The translations under genes and the position numbers were made by a program. 64,000 nt of DNA from Lingula anatina (Eukaryota > Animalia > Brachiopoda), in contig CM120640.1 in NCBI GenBank assembly GCA_051362555.1, forward strand, positions 35,235,967 to 35,299,966, written 5' to 3'. The notes under the pieces are model-generated. The model had not been told where the DNA came from, ran no database searches, and saw nothing but the letters and a program-made list of their open reading frames with translations. Positions 57,599 through 64,000 of the stretch are shown piece after piece (the first letter of the stretch is position 1; every line of letters begins with the position of its first letter).

Positions 57599-60500
57599 TT
57601 AAAACATATCTTCAATGACCTGTCTTAGCCTTGGAGCCTGTTGGACCTCCTTTGTTGCTCTGTCAAGTCTGTACAGTATTGGGCAGTCTAGTGAAGTACA
57701 TGGCATATTAGAATCCATAGTTCCCATGCAGCTTCCGCAGATCTGAAAAGTATAATTCCTTTTTTAGAAAGAGCAAATCTCCCCCCAAAAAAAATTGTGT
57801 AAAAGATTCTTTAAATATAAAGATTGCCTCACTCTTCAATGTGATAAAGACAAATGATGAATCATTTGAAGTTGAAATGTTATGTGGACAGCATTTTTTC
57901 CTTGTCTACGTCTTATAAACTTAAAATGGTCCATAATTATGGAATATATTACAGGCACACATTATAGATAAATTTTGCAATCTTGAAAATATAGTCACCT
58001 TCAGTAACTGCTGCTGAGTCCTCTCCCACTTTAGAATTCTGCTGTTCAGCACGGTCACTGCTGTCTGAGGGTCAGTCTGGCACTGACCACACACCCCCTG
58101 CTTGGTTAATTCCCCACATACTGGACAATTAATATTGTTGAAATACTGGGAGATTGTTCCCTAGAAAAATATCAATGTTATTCTTTGAATCCATTGCCAA
58201 TGGTTAGTAAAATCAAAATCTATATGTACATCAGGTATAGAAGAACTCATAAGAAATATATATAAAATATACGTAAAACACTTGAAGAAATTAATTCTAT
58301 AAAGAACACCTCTAGCAGGCAAATTAATCTCTAAATCAAATTCATCCTAACCTTCTTTGTATCACTTGCAATATCCATGGCTGGAGCTGCTCTTATCACT
58401 CTTGGCAAATCTTGATACCTGAATGAATTAGATTACTGCGGACTTTATTTCTGTAACATGTGTGTATGTGTGTGGTTGTGTTAGTGTAGCGTGTTTGTCG
58501 CTTTCAGTTTGTATTCGTGTATGTCTATTTATCTATAAAACCCAACCTTTCTCACTTCGCGACACATTCGCTTCACACGTGTCGTACAGATTTACAGGTA
58601 AATTCGGACTTGATTAATTTGCTTTTTGTTTATTCATGTTACTTAAGAGTTTAGTTTAGCTTTATTTTGTTATAAAAATAAGTATATTTTAATTTGTTTT
58701 TCATATTATTTCATCTGGAATGTTCTTTCATCTGGAATGTTCTTTATTTCTTTTTAGTCTTAGTTCATCTTATTTGTTCTGTTTGTTCTTTTATATTACT
58801 TTGAGACATTTGCCCTCTCACATGTGTCATATACATGTAACAGGTCTGGCAATAAACAAATTTATTTTAATACGGTCTCAAGTCATTCGCAAGTTGCAGA
58901 TGCTACTGACACATTTCTATTACAGAATATTGATTTAAAATCATTTAACAAGAAAAAAACTTAAATGAAGTCCCTCACAAAATGCTATTGTATAAAACAA
59001 GAAAGTAGAGTTCAATTGCTAACTTCCGTTGGAAAAAATTCTCACAATGTGTTCACAACTTATCAGAATCGATTATATCCTGTTTAGATAACTGGATTCT
59101 GAAAATCAAAGTCAACTTACCTCCAATTTGCTTTCACAGTGTCAAGGTGTAGCACATAACCTATAAGACACTATTTCAATCATCCTACAGCATGTTTCTT
59201 TATGCTATTCACTTACCATGAAAAAACATCTACCCCAATCAATGAGAACAGTCTTGCCAGTGGGGGCAGAATTTGCTTGGTAATGTAATAGACAGCGTTG
59301 AGGCGTAGACTGGAGTCTTGAAGAACCTCCACAGGGCTACGTACTAGCTGTATCAGTGGAAGACCTGGGCTGCCATATACAATAACATAGGGAACTCGCT
59401 CCCCCACCCTGGGTTCACTACGACGATCAGCTGCCAACATTTTCCTATCAAGTTTTACAAAAAATTTTAGTGCCACATCTAGATCTACTCAATGTATCAA
59501 TAGGAAAAGTACAGACATCATGAAAGCTAGGAGTGCAAAAAATCAAGTATATTCAATATACTTGATTTTTTATCAATACTTTTTGAAACAATTATTGTCT
59601 TGTTTATATTTCTATGTATAAATAATTAATGGTACAAACTGGAAGTACAATGGCTTGACTGACATGTATCAACTTGTTACTCTGGTTTAATATTGGATTT
59701 TTAGTTAACTGCAAATCAATGAGATTCATAAGTATACTTGTGTTATTGCAGTAATAATATAGTGGTAAAATTACACATGACCAATAGGACAAACATGTCA
59801 CAAAATGATAGGATTATGCATAATAACAATGTGAATAAAGTGGCAATATAACCATTGGGGGAATTTACTTTGACAGTTCCAAAGCTGGCACACAAGCCAT
59901 TGGTTTGTAGCCTGCTTTTCCTCTGTACTCTTTGGCGAAGATTAAATCCTGCATGCTGGCCTTTCCTTCCATCACCTTTACACATTGCTTCTGCACATAC
60001 TGCTTCACCTGGGAAACGTCGCGAGTGGTGAAGAGAATCTTGATGGATCGCTCTAGTATCTAAAAGATAAGACAGCATTCCTGGACAATGTGCATGCACT
60101 GTTTTATGCAGAAGAGAACAGGCATGTTGAAAAGAATCTCAAGGTATTTCCCTTGGATTTTAAGGGTAAGAAAGTATTTCTAGTGGTTTGAATATGTTTT
60201 CTTTAGCAAGCAGCCTCCAAAGTTCTTCAAGATCAATAATAAGTTGAAAAATGATCTTTATCCCAACCCAACAACATTAAAATTTTAAAGGAAATTGTAA
60301 CAGTCAAGTACTATTCAGGGATTGGGGAAGGGGGGGGGGGGGTTGACTGATCAAACAATCTTTGTTTATTCACCTTTGACACTGCACTACAGGAGTCTCT
60401 CCTCACAGTCTCGATACCCTTGGCATCAAAAACTGGTTCCTTCTGGTCTACTGTCTCATACATGAAGCCCACATACCTTTTCTTTGTCTGAAGAACACAT

Positions 60501-63500
60501 GGCAGATACACCTGGAAAAGAGGATATAAATTTTTTTCAAAGTAAATATACAGTGAACAATCATTGATGTCAAACTAAAATGCCACAAAACACACTTTTA
60601 CAAAGAAATCATTTACAATATTTTCTACATGGTGTCAGTTATAAAGCAAGGAAATGCAAATCAATTTTATGAAAAAAACAGGATTCCTATAAAATAAACC
60701 AATGACACCATAGTTACAGAAACACTGTATGTTGAAAAAACATGAAACCAATACACCAAAGTAAAATACCTTTTCAAATTTAAGTTTGATAGGTTTGGGA
60801 TTGGCAGCAGTGACAGCATCTGCAATTTCTTGCCCAATTTTAAATGCTTGCTCTTTAGTCCTTCCTTTCAGCAATATGAACAAGCTGTCAGTGTCTCCAT
60901 ACACCACCTTGGCTCCCCATTTTTCAGTCTCCTCTACCATTTGGATGGCTCTTTCTAAAGTTTCTCTGGCCTTGCTTACAATGCTATCCCCAATCTATAA
61001 AATAAAACAGAAGTATGTCCATTTTACAAGAACCTGCTAAAGAACAAATGAAATGACAAAAGTTCAGTTCTGAGCAATATGTCTGGTTACTTAACCCAGG
61101 TCTCAAAGAGAATGTCACGCAAATAATCCACGTTCAATTGTCTACCAGATAAGTAGTAAAACATACTTAATATCAAAATGAAACAAACAGTAATATGGAT
61201 TTATGAGTATAGACATGCTACTCCATTTACTGCCTATGCAGTGACAGGGTGAATAACTCCTACTCACTTCCACACAAGGCATTCTTCCAGAAAAATTAGC
61301 CGAGGTATAGCCAAAAGTAACATTTGCAATCAGTTTCAAGCCTAACTGTCTGGCATTCAGCAGTCTTTCTAAAGCCTACAATACAAGATGAACATTCATC
61401 AAAGAAACATCATTTAAACATCATAAAATTTTATTCAAGAAACAAATATAAAGGTAAATTCTCATAAAGAAATGAGTTTCAAATCATTTCAAAGTTTACA
61501 TTTTTATAACATATCCAAACATATGTGAATGACGAATAACTTTGAATATCCCATTTAACTTTGGACATAAACATACAGTTTTTTAATTTTTATGCCATAA
61601 ACTTGCCTTGTCCCCCTTGTGTTTCTTCATTGCTTTTTTCACCATCAGTCTTGTGTTCAGAATTTCCTCTACCATACTGTAAGAAACATTCAAGGTTCAG
61701 TGATATTCCTTGATTATAATAAATTTGTGCATTTTTATATTTTCATTTAATACATTCACAACCCCTACCAATACAATCTGTAAATTTTCAGATTTGCATA
61801 AAAACAACAACCTCTAGGACCACATTTGGTTGTACACAATGTCAAAAATCTTTCAGAAAGAGACTTCTTTACCTGGATATGATCCCTTTCCTCACATCTG
61901 ACTGGACAAAAGCAACTCCACTTGGAGAAACAGACACACTGTTCTTCATTTTCTGCAAAATAAATAAATAAATAAATAAATAAACAATATATATACAATA
62001 CTGAAAAGAATCTAGTTGTAAATATAGGTAACTGAAAGAATTAGTTGGTTTAATATTTAAAGATACCGCTTAAAGAAGAAGTGGGAGAGTCTCATCTTCA
62101 TTCTATAGTTATGTAATATTATTCAAGATGTATTAAAATGTTACCTTAAGAGTTGATGGTGTAACCCTAAGAGTAGTGCAGCCAAATTGAAACTCTCCCT
62201 CACTGAAAAAAAAAGAATAACATGGAGGACCTAAGGATCAAAAATACAACATATATTTTAACTTCATTTCTATGTAATACTTCGTACAACAAATGATCAA
62301 TAATACCCTTAATAACTGTGAATGTTTAACTGGTTCAAGCTCTTATTTCAGCTTGGTATAAAAATGCAAGATGTCTTATGCTACTACTACTTCTTTTACT
62401 AATAATAATAATAATGGAAGGAATTAATGTTTGTTCATCAGAACTCAAATTTAGTAGATAGAATAACTTCTAATAATCACACATATCAAAAGCAATTTCA
62501 TGCATAAAAAGGATAGTAACATTTAAAACTTCTACAAAAACTCAGAGAACTTTAACTTACTCTCCATCAACCAATATGACAAAAAATGGGCAGTGATATT
62601 TTGAACATTTCTACAAAATTTTTGAGTACTAAACTTACTGTGCATCAACCAACTTATCCACTCTGCCCATACAAGTGGAGTAGCAGTAGTTGTAAGCAAT
62701 CATGATGGAAGGATAGAGAGACTGGAAGTCCAGCACTACAACTGGGTGACTATAAAACCTGGACTCTGGCTCTAGGGTAAGTGGAATACACTCTGGGGCC
62801 TTCATCTTTGCCCTCTGTTGTACACTGGGGGAGACAGCAACATAGTTCATTGGTTTGGCTAGTCTCAGCATCATCGACTCTACGCGATACTGAAAAATGA
62901 TAAAAATACCTGTTGTAGCATGATCAGTGCAGGCCTGACATGTATATAAAAGATGGGTTTATACTCCTTGACTTGATAAAATATCCTCATGATACAAATA
63001 TTATTTCTAGTGTGTAATATCTTAGTTCAAAATTTCAAAAACATTTTACAACCTTCTTTCTTTTTGATTGAATTTAAAATAAAACTGCAGTCAAAAAACA
63101 ATCTTTGTCTACTTGTTACATTTAAATCAAATTAAGCATTCCTTTTTCTCCAATTATGCTACTAACCTGAGAGCCCCTTGACAGCACATGGTAGAACTCT
63201 ATACCAAACACCCTGCCAAATTCACTGGTTTTCTCAATAAGGTCCAGCTGCTGCATTATCTCAATGTTTCCTTTAGTTCTGGTTACATAGTGAGCAATAG
63301 TCCTCCATCTGAATCAATCACAATTTAGTATAATGAAGTTGCTTAATTTTATATTATTTCATTATTTACTCATTCAGTTGCACATTGATTAATTTACTTA
63401 TTTATTCACTTATCATTCTTTTGTTTCCTCAATTTAAGTTTCCTTACTTATTTTGTAAATTAATTTTTTTTGACGACAGAAATTGGCCATACTCTCCTTC

Positions 63501-63698
63501 AGTAATAAGATTTTATAAGTGAAAAAAAAAAAAAAACACAAAAAACATACAGCAGGACAAGTATTTATGTAAGTATTACCTGTACAAATCTGTCCTATGT
63601 CCATACCAAGCTGTCAATTGTTTAAAAGAGAAACATGGAATTCTTCTATGAAGTACATGGAATGCAATGTTCTCAAAAGAGTAGATATTCAAGGTCAC
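57599..63698 (-). CDS. REV3L: DNA polymerase zeta catalytic subunit, 3' part (gene continues beyond the window)
   Basis: VLDFQSLYPSIMIAYNYCYST, RQLGLKLIANVTFGYTSANFSGRMPC, YGDTDSLF, KGIETVRRD, ERVPYVI, CysA (CPVC...CGQC) and CysB (CGSC...CTSLDC). Stop 57599-57601. Confidence 0.98.
58452..58924 (+). mobile_element. Candidate solo LTR in a REV3L intron
   Basis: TGTAACA...ATTACA termini, 473 bp, internal TATAAAA (58534) and AATAAA (58851). No direct TSD seen. Confidence 0.45.
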
Positions 63699-64000
63699 CT
63701 GAAATAAAAGTTGGATGAATTAATAAGATTTGTGTTTGGAGTGTGCAACCAAATTTGATTTTTATTCTACATTCTGAAAATGATTTCATAAAACAGTAAG
63801 TAATTAAGTTAATTATAAAAATTTTGAAAACTAAGAAAAAAAAATCCACCTGAAGAACTTTGTTTGGAGAACCATGGTATAACATTTTTCTTTAGACAAA
63901 ACTGATTAGCCAATTCACGAGCAGAGACTCATTTGTTTTTGAACATACGATACCTAACTAGAACAGCAGCTAAATTTCCTTTCAATCATTAGAAATTTCA

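Overview
AT-rich, intron-rich animal genomic DNA, probably a lophotrochozoan such as a mollusc (not determinable from sequence alone). I assembled eight protein-coding genes by hand from splice sites and translations: CPT1 (-), RAB3IP/Rabin8-like Rab GEF (+), a tandem-rhodanese sulfurtransferase (-), a Dlish/Vamana-like SH3 adaptor (+), MRPS15 (-), PACRG (+), cathepsin L (+) and the 3' part of REV3L (-). Two enzyme genes each carry a tandem pair of duplicated, apparently mutually exclusive exons directly after a tiny exon holding the catalytic residue. In cathepsin L, two 192-nt exons 67 nt apart encode a cathepsin-L-like and a cathepsin-S-like version of the S2/S3 substrate-binding segment. 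In CPT1, 66- and 63-nt exons follow the catalytic His. Introns contain a minimal hammerhead ribozyme inside an inverted repeat with a 14-bp target duplication, a Penelope GIY-YIG fragment with a degenerate hammerhead, a long-TIR Mutator-like element with a 9-bp TSD, a THAP-bearing P-like relic and several MITEs. No database search, folding or expression analysis was run; family assignments come from motif recognition.
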